Below, in pieces: positions 35,978 to 46,165 of a stretch of DNA of 64,000 nt. Position numbers and translations under genes: made by a program. Position 1 is the stretch's first letter. Each line of letters begins with the position of its first letter. The stretch is from the IMG/VR virus record IMGVR_UViG_2724679183_000002, positions 1-64,000 of that record; one strand, given 5' to 3'. The notes below the pieces were generated by a model. The model did not search any database. It saw only the letters and a list, made by a program, of their open reading frames with translations, and was not told the origin of the DNA. This stretch comes from a virus (lineage: Duplodnaviria; Caudoviricetes).

Positions 35978-36394
35978 TTATTCTGTTTTAATGCCACTTG
36001 CATTTAAATCTTTTCTGATAGCGGCAACTAATCGTCCATCTTTTAAGGATTCTGCAGTATTCTTCATAAATGGGCGAGGTTTTCCATAACCATAACCGTA
36101 TTTATCAGGATATGTGTATCCTTGACCGGTCTCAATAACAGTAGCAACATCCTTCCCGTTATCCTCACGGGTATTATCTAAGGAGATTCCGTTAGATTCG
36201 TTTTCAGTTACAAAGGAGTCCTTTAAAAGAGATGTACGCTCATATACAAGCGGGTCATAGACGTCATACACATCAGATTGCACATGGGCTTGACCTGTTT
36301 TAATCATAGTGTTTTTTGTGTTTGATTGTTTTTGGAGGGCTTGCATTGCGGCAAATTCAATTAGCGCTGCTACTTCCTTAATGTTCTTGGCCAT
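35978..36394 (-). CDS. yomN: Tail morphogenesis protein (HK97 gp10-like)
   Basis: C-terminal KPRPFM motif; synteny. Confidence 0.7.
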   Translation of the reverse strand: MAKNIKEVAALIEFAAMQALQKQSNTKNTMIKTGQAHVQSDVYDVYDPLVYERTSLLKDSFVTENESNGISLDNTREDNGKDVATVIETGQGYTYPDKYGYGYGKPRPFMKNTAESLKDGRLVAAIRKDLNASGIKTE

Positions 36395-36879
36395 TATTCA
36401 GCCTCTTTTTCACTGTCAATATCTTCAACCTTTTTAAGAATGATATTCTTTATCTCTTCTGGAGATACGTTTGAAAGTTTGTCTAAGTTCTCCTGCATCA
36501 TCTTTGTTGCTTCTCCAAATTTCTTCATGCTTTCTTCAGGGAAGCTATTAAGAATCAATGGGAAAAATTCAGAGTCCACAAGTTTAACGTACCACTTAAC
36601 TTTGTTTTTGATATCACTTGGAATGCCTAAGTCAGTAAATTCCTTAATGAGTGAGAAGAATGCCCATTGAACAGGGTTTATACTTTTAAAGTCAATGTTT
36701 TTTTCTTCGGCATTTTGTGAATCTGAAATTAATTCAGTAAGCATTTTGGTTAAGCGGGTAGGGGAGAAGTAAGGGTAAATATAGACATGAACGTCATCAG
36801 TGAGTTGTACTCTTTCTTTCTTGTCGTATTTGCTTACACTTTCTTCAATCAATCCAAGATTTAATTTTTTCGATGCCAT
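36394..36879 (-). CDS. yomO: Hypothetical tail-module protein
   Basis: Synteny; RBS AAGGAGG. Confidence 0.65.
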   Translation of the reverse strand: MASKKLNLGLIEESVSKYDKKERVQLTDDVHVYIYPYFSPTRLTKMLTELISDSQNAEEKNIDFKSINPVQWAFFSLIKEFTDLGIPSDIKNKVKWYVKLVDSEFFPLILNSFPEESMKKFGEATKMMQENLDKLSNVSPEEIKNIILKKVEDIDSEKEAE

Positions 36880-36961
36880 CTCATTTCCTCCTTATATATC
36901 CTCTGAATACATTAAAAAAGACACCTCAATAGGGGAGAGGTGTCTAGATAAAACTTGTATT

Positions 36962-37810
36962 TTATTTATAATCTTCTTTTAGAATTTTTTCTGTAAAGGC
37001 TGGGTTGTTTGTAAATAGTCCATCAACTTTCAACTGCAGCATTTTGGATGTGAATGCTTTTTCATTATCAGCATCAAAAAACACATGCACTTTCATATTG
37101 TTTTTGTGGACTTTCTCAACAAAATCTTTATCAACCAATTTGGCATTAGGGCCAACAACGTTAGAATACTTTTTAATTTCGTTTAGCTTTGAATTGCTCA
37201 TATTCTTAACGTCTTCATCTTTTAAAAGTTGAACAAGAGGAACATCGCTGTTAAGCTTATGTAATTTCTTTAGACTTTTGTCACTGAATGATTCTAGAAC
37301 AACTTTGTTATTAGGGATTAGTTTATTTTTAGAGAGTATGTCAATTAACTTTTTCTCCATTATTAATTTGCCTTTGTTGTTTGTTCTAGTCTCGATATAA
37401 TACTTTGTCGTTTGTCCAAACTTTTTAATGATTTCTTCAATGGTTAAGATTTTTTGTCCTTTTCCAGTACGTAGCTTTTTAATCTGGTCTAATGTAAGAT
37501 CCTCAACTTCTCCTTTGCCGTCCGTGGTACGATCAACAGTCTTGTCATGGATTGCGACTAGATGACCGTCTTTGGTTTGTCGTAAATCAATTTCAATGTA
37601 GTCTGCTTTGTCTTTTATTGCTCGTTCATAGGAGAGTAGGGTATGTTCTGGCTCAATTTCCGATGCACCTCTGTGTGCAATCATTAACGGCTCGTATTTT
37701 TTACTGCTTCCTTTTCCATATCCCAAGGTAGATGCATCAACTTCGTTAAATGAACATCCTCCTAGTAAGACTAAAGCAATGATTAATGTTATAAGATTTA
37801 TTATTTTCAT
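36962..37810 (-). CDS. Glycerophosphodiester phosphodiesterase lipoprotein
   Basis: Lipobox LLGGC; IAHRGAS, PEHT, YIEIDL..TKDG, HD.TVDRTT, DGLFTN. Confidence 0.9.
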   Translation of the reverse strand: MKIINLITLIIALVLLGGCSFNEVDASTLGYGKGSSKKYEPLMIAHRGASEIEPEHTLLSYERAIKDKADYIEIDLRQTKDGHLVAIHDKTVDRTTDGKGEVEDLTLDQIKKLRTGKGQKILTIEEIIKKFGQTTKYYIETRTNNKGKLIMEKKLIDILSKNKLIPNNKVVLESFSDKSLKKLHKLNSDVPLVQLLKDEDVKNMSNSKLNEIKKYSNVVGPNAKLVDKDFVEKVHKNNMKVHVFFDADNEKAFTSKMLQLKVDGLFTNNPAFTEKILKEDYK

Positions 37811-37828
37811 AACCTAAAATTATCATAA

Positions 37829-37981
37829 TTAGGTAGTTGGTTCAATATATTTCTTTCCAACAATTTCTTCGTACTGTTCTGGTGTAATTTTGCCTTTGAC
37901 TACAGCTTGGGCTACCTTGTATTCATCCCAAACACCGTTCCCATCATTGTAATAATCTTTTATGAGATTATACCAATCCAT
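37829..37981 (-). CDS. XkdX-like small tail protein (50 aa; missing from ORF track)
   Basis: Hand translation MDWYNLIKDYY...V..GKITPEQYEEIVG. Confidence 0.85.
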   Translation of the reverse strand: MDWYNLIKDYYNDGNGVWDEYKVAQAVVKGKITPEQYEEIVGKKYIEPTT

Positions 37982-38259
37982 TAGAGAACACCCTCCATCA
38001 TTAATTGATAAATTACGTCGCTTACGACTTTTTTAAGTTTTTCAGTTTCCGAAGGCTCGGGGTCAAGAGGTTTCAAACTGTCAATGTATTCTTCTGATGC
38101 AGACTCGACCCATTTCTTTGTTTTAGTATTGAATTTCGGGATATAAAGACCATCGGAAGGAGGTATTGTTGTGCAGTGATCAGGAAGCGGACTATCGTCT
38201 TCAAGGACAACAGGGAATTCGTAAATATAATTTTCGTCATATTTGTATACTTGCATCAT
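37981..38259 (-). CDS. Tail fibre assembly-associated protein (YomQ-like)
   Basis: QVYKYDENYIY, CTTIPP.DGLY.PKF motif; between fibre gene and xkdX-like gene. Confidence 0.7.
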   Translation of the reverse strand: MMQVYKYDENYIYEFPVVLEDDSPLPDHCTTIPPSDGLYIPKFNTKTKKWVESASEEYIDSLKPLDPEPSETEKLKKVVSDVIYQLMMEGVL

Positions 38260-38269
38260 AATATTCTCC

Positions 38270-39772
38270 CTACACGGCTTTAAAGCTAAAGCCTAAACTA
38301 ATGTAATCGTTTGGTTTGGAAGTATTAGAGCAACTTTCTATAATAACTTTTCCGTCAATATCAACAAGCACTCTATGAGTTTGAGGCACTCCTGACATTC
38401 CTGATTGAGAAGCTACACCTGCCCACTGAAATGCTCTCCCAGGTCTGTAGCCTTCAGGTAAGGTAAACGCTGCTACTCCAAAACCAATTGTTCCTTTTGC
38501 TATAGCACCCTCTACAAAGACAGTTCCTGTTGCATCCTTTGTATATCGAGTTTTAAACACTGTTTGATCTGTAGAGTTCACATCAGTGTAATTAACCCAT
38601 CCATTCTGTAATGTAGGAGTGTACCATGTTATAGAAGATAGTTTAGTGTCAGTGTATGATTTAGCAGAGGTAAGAGCAGAATTGGCTCTTGTTTGCGCCC
38701 CATCTGTAGTTTCATGTGTTTGCCACGAAGTCCAAGTTAAATCGCTTTTTCTAAATCGGAAATATGTATGTGTTCCGTAATATGCTTCTAAAGCAAATTG
38801 CGCTACTGTATCACCGTAATTCATGACAACCAAATAGACATTGGATAAGTTAGCAGGGGAGTGAAGCCCCTGGTTGGCGATTAAATAAAACCCTGTGGTA
38901 ATCAAATCGTTGTATTCCGTTTTTTCGGAGCTGCCTTTGTAGAATACTTTTCCATCATCGGAAGTGAGTTTGAAAAGTTGAGCAGCGTCCCATCTGTCTT
39001 TATCACTTTTTATAACATGGATATCTTTATCACTAGCGTGAGCGGCTATTTTTTCCTGTGCTCCGCTAATTGTCTCCAAGCCAATCCAAGGAGTCCACGT
39101 AGTCGCATCGTTTTTACGAATTCGGTAGAAGGATTTCAAACCATTACCAGCGTCGTATGCGCTCTGAATGAGAGTATTTCCGTAACTCATAACGAAAAGA
39201 AAACACTGAGCCAATCCTGGGCTATTCAATCCACTATTGTAGATTAAATACATGCCAGTAGTAGTTAATTCATTATAGTCCGTAGTCTCACTGCTACTTT
39301 TATAAAAGACCTTGCCGTTATCTTGCGTCAATTTATAGAGCTGTCCTGCATCCCATTTTTCCTGTTTAGATTTACTGACATGAATATTAGTATCATTCAC
39401 GTGATTATCGAAATCATTTTTTGAGGCTTGTTGGACGTTATCAACGTTACCCAATCCAACTTGGCTTTTTGTAACTGCATGAGGATTTTTCTTATCGTCA
39501 AGATGACTATCAAAAGCCACTTTTGTGGCCTGTTCTTCATTGATTAGATTTGATAATCCGACTTGCTCTTTAGTGACACGGTGCGGGTTATCTGTATTCT
39601 GAGTATGCGATTTCAATTCTGAATTCTGCTTCTCCATGAAATCATCAACTTTTTCAGATAAAAGTATTTCATGATCAGACATATGTGCTTCAGTTTTGAA
39701 AAATTGATCTTTAAGGTTATTAATTTGGACGTTATTTTGTTTAAGCTGGCCTACAAATTTACTGCTACTCAT
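38270..39772 (-). CDS. yomR: Tail fibre with NPH.VTK.QVGL repeats and duplicated knob domains
   Basis: Two NPH repeats; two copies of WDA.QL.KLT.D.GKVFYK..TG.YLI unit; C-terminal FTLPEGYRP. Confidence 0.85.
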   Translation of the reverse strand: MSSSKFVGQLKQNNVQINNLKDQFFKTEAHMSDHEILLSEKVDDFMEKQNSELKSHTQNTDNPHRVTKEQVGLSNLINEEQATKVAFDSHLDDKKNPHAVTKSQVGLGNVDNVQQASKNDFDNHVNDTNIHVSKSKQEKWDAGQLYKLTQDNGKVFYKSSSETTDYNELTTTGMYLIYNSGLNSPGLAQCFLFVMSYGNTLIQSAYDAGNGLKSFYRIRKNDATTWTPWIGLETISGAQEKIAAHASDKDIHVIKSDKDRWDAAQLFKLTSDDGKVFYKGSSEKTEYNDLITTGFYLIANQGLHSPANLSNVYLVVMNYGDTVAQFALEAYYGTHTYFRFRKSDLTWTSWQTHETTDGAQTRANSALTSAKSYTDTKLSSITWYTPTLQNGWVNYTDVNSTDQTVFKTRYTKDATGTVFVEGAIAKGTIGFGVAAFTLPEGYRPGRAFQWAGVASQSGMSGVPQTHRVLVDIDGKVIIESCSNTSKPNDYISLGFSFKAV

Positions 39773-40137
39773 TAACTCACCGCAATTCCTTTAACCGTAA
39801 CATCACCATTAACTGAAATGACCTCAACCATGAACTTAAAAAGCCCCGCAATATCGAAATCCCAGTTTTCATTTGTATTCAATGTGCCCGTACCCAATTG
39901 GAAATCAGTTTTGTTTGTTCCAGCAAGTTCTGTTTTTTCACCATTTTCATCTACGGCAAAGAACTTTATTTCTCTTGAGGTTGAGGAACCAGAGATCTTA
40001 ACAGTAATATCCCGATAATGTGATACTACAAATTCTTCACCTTCAGATGGGGCAGTTGTTGCTTCGTGAAATGTAAAGGTTGCTTTATCTGGAATGGTTT
40101 TTAAAATATTTTCATCGGTTTCTGTCAACAACTCCAC
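39772..40137 (-). CDS. yomS: XepA/YomS-like virion protein
   Basis: ISGSSTSREIKFF, WDFDIAGL; synteny. Confidence 0.75.
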   Translation of the reverse strand: MELLTETDENILKTIPDKATFTFHEATTAPSEGEEFVVSHYRDITVKISGSSTSREIKFFAVDENGEKTELAGTNKTDFQLGTGTLNTNENWDFDIAGLFKFMVEVISVNGDVTVKGIAVS

Positions 40138-40201
40138 CTCCTAAATCTGTATAAAAACTGACTTTTATTTAAAAAGGAGAGGGGAAGGATCCCCTCAAAA
40201 A

Positions 40202-40669
40202 TCATTTAGCTTCAAATACTCTTACATCTCTGTCAGTACCGTCATTAATTACATAGACAAAAAGTGTTTTGCCAACAGCAACGGGAACTGAAAAAGGTTT
40301 GTCACCGGCTGCTAAAGGAATGCCTGTATCAGCGGTTACATTAGAGTTTCCAATGTAAATTGTTCCTTCTGCAGGAGGATAAACAGTAAGTGCTGTCCTG
40401 TCAGTAATGCCTGCGGTAACTTTTTGGGCTGTTGAAGTAACAGTGAATTTATCCGTTTTAAAAGAGGAGAAACCTGGATCTCTTTCATTAACTGTTACTG
40501 AAGGGGATTGTACTTGGATCCCTTTGATGGCATCCAAGCCAGTTTGAGGGAAGTCGACTTGTAGAGGTTTTTCTTGTGATTTTAGGTGAATGTCGGTTAC
40601 TAAACCACCGTTCCCATCATCTCTAGCAGAAGATTTTACACCATCGAAATCATTAAGTTTTGCTGCCAT
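40202..40669 (-). CDS. Beta-sandwich virion accessory protein (XepA-like N-terminus)
   Basis: SARDDGNGGLVTDI N-terminus; IYIG..NVT..TG.PL jelly-roll-type motif. Confidence 0.6.
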   Translation of the reverse strand: MAAKLNDFDGVKSSARDDGNGGLVTDIHLKSQEKPLQVDFPQTGLDAIKGIQVQSPSVTVNERDPGFSSFKTDKFTVTSTAQKVTAGITDRTALTVYPPAEGTIYIGNSNVTADTGIPLAAGDKPFSVPVAVGKTLFVYVINDGTDRDVRVFEAK

Positions 40670-40689
40670 TAAAAATCACTCCTTAAAAA

Positions 40690-41484
40690 TTAATTGCCAA
40701 CGTCTACGGATTTAGTTTGAGATTCTGTGTCAGAGCCAGGATCTGGATCAGCGACAAAGTTATCATCTCTGCTTGCTTCAATAACAACAGCCATCTCATC
40801 TGTGTCAGTATCGGCCAGCGCTTCAAATTTAATTTCTGGAGATAATGCATTACCGTTCTCAAGTGACATTTCAAATTCGCCTGAAGGGGATACGTTAGGA
40901 AATTGAATGTAGATATCGCTATAGACCTCTTCGGTATCAGGATTATAAGCAATTGTACGGTATTCAACTTCATATCGCTCAGAGAATTTGCTTGCCTTGA
41001 TAGCGAGTCGTCTGCCGATTTTGTTAATCTGGTACACTGCTGTTAACTTCTCTTTTGTTCCAGCAAATCCAGTTGGGATTAAGTAAGTACCATCAGTCGA
41101 TACAGGTGTCTTGTATGTAACACCTCTTTTATTATAGAAGGTCACATCACTTACCGGTTTACCTTTTAGAGTAACCGTATTTTTGTCATCAACAATCAGA
41201 CCATGTTCGCGGTCAAATACCTGAACTTTAGCTTCTTCTTCAATTGTTTCACCTTGTGTCATTGCCAACCATTCAAGGTCGAAAAATGCATTCTTGACAG
41301 TAAGATTAATTTCTTTTTCAGACTTCAAAATATAAAGTGGTTTATTCCCAATACCACCACGAAGCTTATCTTCAGAGATGGTTTGGGAGAATGAAGCTGT
41401 TTGTGCTTCTGCTGTGAATACAAGCTGACCATCAGATTTTCTTCTGAAATAAACATCAGCTGTATCTTGAATAACTGTTTTCAT
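40690..41484 (-). CDS. yomU: Major tail tube protein
   Basis: MKTVIQDTADVYF..KSDG, LRGGIGNKPL, KNAFFDLEWL; very close to the recalled 264-aa SPR/SPbeta tail tube sequence. Confidence 0.92.
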   Translation of the reverse strand: MKTVIQDTADVYFRRKSDGQLVFTAEAQTASFSQTISEDKLRGGIGNKPLYILKSEKEINLTVKNAFFDLEWLAMTQGETIEEEAKVQVFDREHGLIVDDKNTVTLKGKPVSDVTFYNKRGVTYKTPVSTDGTYLIPTGFAGTKEKLTAVYQINKIGRRLAIKASKFSERYEVEYRTIAYNPDTEEVYSDIYIQFPNVSPSGEFEMSLENGNALSPEIKFEALADTDTDEMAVVIEASRDDNFVADPDPGSDTESQTKSVDVGN

Positions 41485-41521
41485 CTATAGATTTCCTCCT
41501 TAAAATAAAAAAGAACAGCTA

Positions 41522-42247
41522 TTAGCTGCCCTTAGAAAAACCTTCAGTCTTATTCATAAATTTCTCTCGGCTTATGTAATGTTTCTCTTCCTCAAATAAG
41601 TCAATGTGTTTATCCCAATTCACAATGTTTTTACCTGCTTCTGGGGATACTGTGGCAAATAGGGTGGAAGTGTCATATTGCTTGAATTGAGCGATCCTAT
41701 GATAAGTCATATACAATTGAAATAGCGTCATGTCATTAATGTCTTTATAAAGATACCCTGTATAAGTGGACACTGTGCTAATGATATCTGCCATATTGAC
41801 TGGATCAATGTCTTGACTTTTCACTCTTTTGCTTCGCTCATTAGCTTTTTGAATCTCAGGATTTGAGCTTATTTTTTCTTCCTTCAAACAACACATTTTC
41901 AATACAAGCTCTCTAATGGAATCGAAGTTGTCTGGAGTAAGCTTACCCAGTATTTCTTCTCCGTTGAACATTTTAGAAAACACAACACTGTAGGCTTCTT
42001 GAAAATTCGGCAGGGTTTCAGAAATTTCATAAAGGGTCATTTTTTTTAATTCAGCAATCAGCTCATCAAGTTCCCCAAAACGATTAACATCTTCTTTGCT
42101 ATAAACATAGATGATCTCTTTTTTGGACATTTTGATTAGCCTTAAGTAATTGGCTAACTGACCGTACTCTTTAACTTTAATGAATCTACATTCACCAAGT
42201 TCTGTAGAAATTGGTTCTCCAGTAATGAAAAACTCAATATCAATCAT
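41522..42247 (-). CDS. yomV: Tail morphogenesis protein
   Basis: Synteny upstream of tail tube. Confidence 0.7.
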   Translation of the reverse strand: MIDIEFFITGEPISTELGECRFIKVKEYGQLANYLRLIKMSKKEIIYVYSKEDVNRFGELDELIAELKKMTLYEISETLPNFQEAYSVVFSKMFNGEEILGKLTPDNFDSIRELVLKMCCLKEEKISSNPEIQKANERSKRVKSQDIDPVNMADIISTVSTYTGYLYKDINDMTLFQLYMTYHRIAQFKQYDTSTLFATVSPEAGKNIVNWDKHIDLFEEEKHYISREKFMNKTEGFSKGS

Positions 42248-42750
42248 TTCATAGCTCCGAAAGTGAATATCAATTTGTATCCCAAATACCCATCAGGCGC
42301 ATTAGATATGAGAAGCCTTGTATATTTTACACTTTTACCGATACCAGCAAAATTTTGATTGAATAGCATTTCACAAATACGAACAGTAATTTTCAAATTC
42401 CTGAATTCAGTTTCTTCATACGTGTTGATGTGCGTATAAACATCAATCATTAAATCCTGATCGAGCAGCATCTCACTTTGGGTTGAGGGTTTAGGGATTC
42501 CATTTCCAAGATAAACACAAAGTCTGCAAATTGGTTGATCGGTTAAATCATCAGTTTTGGGAGCACGTTTAATTATTGAGTTTAATATTGCTGGGGAATC
42601 GTCAACAGGGTCATAATAATTATCCAACGTCTGAACATCAGGGAGAGAAGAGGAGAGAGGGTCATCTTTATAATATAAAAGACGATTTAACTCTGTATCA
42701 TTCATAATGGTTCTGAATACAGTTGTCATATGTTCGACCATCATACTCAT
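42244..42750 (-). CDS. yomW: Tail completion/terminator-like protein
   Basis: Synteny; IDVYTH motif and C-terminal GYKL.F strand. Confidence 0.7.
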   Translation of the reverse strand: MSMMVEHMTTVFRTIMNDTELNRLLYYKDDPLSSSLPDVQTLDNYYDPVDDSPAILNSIIKRAPKTDDLTDQPICRLCVYLGNGIPKPSTQSEMLLDQDLMIDVYTHINTYEETEFRNLKITVRICEMLFNQNFAGIGKSVKYTRLLISNAPDGYLGYKLIFTFGAMK

Positions 42751-43409
42751 TCACTATCACCTCCAACCTTCTTCTTTGCTATAAGTTTAATTGTTCCGTA
42801 GTCTCCATAGACTTTGGAATAGTCTATATCATTGACCTGGTAGTTTTCACCAAAGAAAGTAAGAGTAAGGCCGATTTTTAATTTTTCATGTACAAAATAA
42901 GGGATTATTATATTTGCTTGTCCATCTGGGAGATTGACTGCCAATTCAGTTCCATTTATTGAAGCAGACCTTTCAAAGATGCAGGGAACTTCAGTCTTTT
43001 CACCTGGAATCTTTTTGTAAATCGGCTTACCGGTAATTTCGTTAACCTTGCCTGAATCAACAGACTTGTCATCTGAGGTTAGAGTAAACACAGCACTGCA
43101 TATTTTGATTTCGGCTTTCTTATATATCTTATTGCTATGAGGAAGCGAAGTGATGAGCCATGTTTCGCCGTTATGTTTAACTACGCCACCGTAATAAATG
43201 TCAGATATTTCACCTAGTATATATTTGGAAGTCCCATCACTACTAGAGTACTTTGATGTAATCATTACTGTTTTTTCAATTCCATCAATCGTAACTATCT
43301 CTGATTCAAAACCTTTTAGACCTTGCTGGAAAATGATCTTTCCATCATGCAGAAGCTTTCCATTAATATTAACTTTGTGATAATTACTGTAATCCTTCAA
43401 TTGAATCAC
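42747..43409 (-). CDS. yomX: Head closure/neck-like protein
   Basis: Synteny. Confidence 0.65.
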   Translation of the reverse strand: MIQLKDYSNYHKVNINGKLLHDGKIIFQQGLKGFESEIVTIDGIEKTVMITSKYSSSDGTSKYILGEISDIYYGGVVKHNGETWLITSLPHSNKIYKKAEIKICSAVFTLTSDDKSVDSGKVNEITGKPIYKKIPGEKTEVPCIFERSASINGTELAVNLPDGQANIIIPYFVHEKLKIGLTLTFFGENYQVNDIDYSKVYGDYGTIKLIAKKKVGGDSE

Positions 43410-43638
43410 CGTCTGTCAATATGCAATCATTAAGCCTATTTAACTCACCACTTACTGTTAAAATAGTGTCTCTGATTTCTGTAAGTTCAGGGTCACTCAG
43501 TAGCTTTTTGTTAAGGCATTCCTCCAATTTGAAGAGTACTGAATTGTTTTTCTTGCTAAGTTTATTGCAATAAACGTCTAATTCTTCAATCTTAATTTGT
43601 CCATTGTTTGATACCGATTTAACTTTAATTATACTCAT
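43384..43638 (-). CDS. yomY: Hypothetical protein
   Basis: Synteny; overlapping start/stop coupling. Confidence 0.6.
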   Translation of the reverse strand: MSIIKVKSVSNNGQIKIEELDVYCNKLSKKNNSVLFKLEECLNKKLLSDPELTEIRDTILTVSGELNRLNDCILTDGDSIEGLQ

Positions 43639-44030
43639 AGATAATCCACCGCAGCATTCAATATCAAACGCTCAATTTCGTTTTTTTGATCTGCTACACT
43701 TTGTTTAAGGGAAGTGATTTGTGGGCCAAAGTTCTTAATACCCACGTCATTAGTGAATGGCTGCCACGTATTCTCAAACAATGTCTTTTTATTTAACAAA
43801 AAGAGGTATCTCAAGAAGTGTGCAAGAATAAGAAGATCATCCTCAGATAATTCTCTATTTACAGTTTCTGTTGAATCATCAGCCTTCAAATTGTCTCTGA
43901 GCCTGTTATTGAAATGTAGTATTGCATTTCGAATTGATTGATAAATTTGTTCTTCTGTTTGAGGAACATCAAAATCAGATGTCTCACAGTTGTTTAAAAA
44001 GGTTTCCCATATTTGATCATAAGACGTCAT
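43635..44030 (-). CDS. yomZ: Head-tail adaptor-like protein
   Basis: MTSYDQIWETFL N-terminus; synteny. Confidence 0.65.
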   Translation of the reverse strand: MTSYDQIWETFLNNCETSDFDVPQTEEQIYQSIRNAILHFNNRLRDNLKADDSTETVNRELSEDDLLILAHFLRYLFLLNKKTLFENTWQPFTNDVGIKNFGPQITSLKQSVADQKNEIERLILNAAVDYL

Positions 44031-44044
44031 AAAAATCCCTCCTC

Positions 44045-44521
44045 TTAGTCAAAGAGAAGGGAAGGGTCAGCGACTCCCATCCAATCAGCCAAAACTTTTA
44101 ATTTGCCTGCAGCAATGTCATCGCTAAATTCTGAAGCAACATCAATAATAAATTGCTTCTCAGAATCGACTGTGATTTTATCGAGCTTATTTTTAAGTTG
44201 AGCAATATTACCCGATTTAATCATCTTTTCTATTTCTTCTTTAGTGTGAATGTTATTTTCATATGCATCCGATTCAACAATAGAGTCTTTAATCTCTTTG
44301 GTTGTTTCATTGTCTTCTACGATAACTAATTCACCTTTATCGAAACAAACACTATTCATTGTGAGCCACTCAACAACTTCTTTTGGAACTTCTTTAGTAT
44401 CAATCTTCCCATTTTTGCTGCCAGCCCAAGTGTATTGTTTATGACCTCCATCACCAGTGTAACCTACAAAATAAGACGTGCTTCTGTGACGTGCTAATTT
44501 AATTTTTTCAGTCAAATCCAT
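44045..44521 (-). CDS. yonA: Head module hypothetical protein
   Basis: Synteny downstream of capsid gene. Confidence 0.65.
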   Translation of the reverse strand: MDLTEKIKLARHRSTSYFVGYTGDGGHKQYTWAGSKNGKIDTKEVPKEVVEWLTMNSVCFDKGELVIVEDNETTKEIKDSIVESDAYENNIHTKEEIEKMIKSGNIAQLKNKLDKITVDSEKQFIIDVASEFSDDIAAGKLKVLADWMGVADPSLLFD

Positions 44522-44549
44522 ATCCTCCTAAAAAATCCTCATATTTGAT

Positions 44550-45566
44550 TTAGATAGATACTGCAGCTTGTTCTTCAATAATTCCGATCGCTTCACCAAA
44601 AAGAAGGTTAACAGAAGCATCTTGAACAATTTTCATTTTGATTCTTTCATCTTCAATGTCTTGCTCTGTTAATTGACGCAGTCCGCCATACTCAACAACG
44701 GAAAATGGTTTTTGAGAAACGCCGCCGGCAAACATATACCCTTTGTTAACAGGAAGTTCGACTTTACTATTTGTATCGTCAGTAAATGGGTTAGTCAGGT
44801 TAACAGCAGTTGTTCTGCCGATTGTAGCAGGGTTCAGGGCAGTAAGGAGTTCTCCTTTAATTTCTTCTGTTAAGAAGTTCTTAAACGTGGAGTCTGTTCC
44901 TTGTTGGAATGCGAAGTAGTCGATGAGAAGGGTGTCAGCTACGAAGATAGGCTTTCCACCATAACGTTGAAGCACAGAAGCTACTTTGTTGTATTGTTGA
45001 AGAGTAAGGTTTGAGCCTGTTTGAACATTCTTTGCAGGGATTTTACCTGCTGTAATTGCGCTTGCAGTTAATTGATGAATTTTATCGAGGTACAAACGGA
45101 CTTTAGCATCTGCAATATCATTCACCAATTTATTAAAGTAAGCAATTGAATCAGTTACGAGATCTAGAGGCTCATAATAGAAACCTGTTGACATAGTTTT
45201 TGGAACAGCTGGAACAGTTTCTTGACCTTCAACACGAACTAAGTCAACACCAGAACCTGTAGCAGACCAAATGACTTTTGCCTTATTCTTTTTCGGAATT
45301 TTAATTTCTTTAATATTGCCTCGTTTTTCTTGTTGGACATTGGCCAAAAGGGAAAGTAGCTGAGTTACTTTTGGTTTTGCAATTTCATCAGCTTGTTCAA
45401 CGACAAGGTTATTAAATTGATGGAGCATGGAAGGATCGGGTGTAGTTCCACCATCACCAAACACTTTCTTAATGTAAGTTTGGATATCAGCTTGATCTGT
45501 ACCGTCCATTTTGTTGTTTAATACACGGCTAAACAAACCTTTAATTTTCACAGTATCTAATTTCAT
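44550..45566 (-). CDS. yonB: Major capsid protein
   Basis: 338 aa, position after protease/scaffold and decoration genes, strong RBS. Confidence 0.8.
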   Translation of the reverse strand: MKLDTVKIKGLFSRVLNNKMDGTDQADIQTYIKKVFGDGGTTPDPSMLHQFNNLVVEQADEIAKPKVTQLLSLLANVQQEKRGNIKEIKIPKKNKAKVIWSATGSGVDLVRVEGQETVPAVPKTMSTGFYYEPLDLVTDSIAYFNKLVNDIADAKVRLYLDKIHQLTASAITAGKIPAKNVQTGSNLTLQQYNKVASVLQRYGGKPIFVADTLLIDYFAFQQGTDSTFKNFLTEEIKGELLTALNPATIGRTTAVNLTNPFTDDTNSKVELPVNKGYMFAGGVSQKPFSVVEYGGLRQLTEQDIEDERIKMKIVQDASVNLLFGEAIGIIEEQAAVSI

Positions 45567-45604
45567 TTGAAATACTCCTTTTATTGAAATTTATTTGTTA
45601 TGGA

Positions 45605-46141
45605 TTAGGCCTCGATTACTTCAAGGCGAACAAGCTTTTGTCCCATTGTGTAAACAAGGTCATCTTCGTTATTTACAACCAGGAACTTAGCAGAAGAATC
45701 AGCATAATCTTCATGAGGTGAAGCAGGATCACTAAGAATATATTTTTGAGTAGCAATATCAAAGTGTGCCACTTGACCTTGTTTAACCTCGGTCACGCCT
45801 GTATTTAATGAAAATGCAGAAACATCAAAACGAGTATAAGCAGGTTCGAGGATAACAATTCGAGCGTGTTCTCCTACACCGTTATAAAAGTCTCGCATTG
45901 ATTCGCCAAGATACCGTGCTTCAGGAGAAGCAATTAAATATGCTTTTTTTGTTTTATCTGATAGCTTCGAAGCTGTTCTGTTTCCCTCAGCATCAAAACC
46001 CAGTTCAACAAGCATGAAGTTGTCGATATCTGATCCAGTTACTTTTGCACCGTGAGCAACTGTTTTGATTTTTAAAGAATTCAAGTTTCCAGTAGTATGA
46101 TTACCTACTTCAGTAAAGGCTTTTTGTAATCTTGTAGCCAT
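45605..46141 (-). CDS. yonC: Capsid decoration/cement-like protein
   Basis: Position between scaffold and capsid genes. Confidence 0.65.
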   Translation of the reverse strand: MATRLQKAFTEVGNHTTGNLNSLKIKTVAHGAKVTGSDIDNFMLVELGFDAEGNRTASKLSDKTKKAYLIASPEARYLGESMRDFYNGVGEHARIVILEPAYTRFDVSAFSLNTGVTEVKQGQVAHFDIATQKYILSDPASPHEDYADSSAKFLVVNNEDDLVYTMGQKLVRLEVIEA

Positions 46142-46165
46142 ATTTTATTCCTCCAAGTTTAAAAT

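Noticed and set aside
35978-36879. Programmed frameshift of tail assembly chaperones
   Set aside because: No convincing slippery heptamer at the junction; simple TAATG coupling
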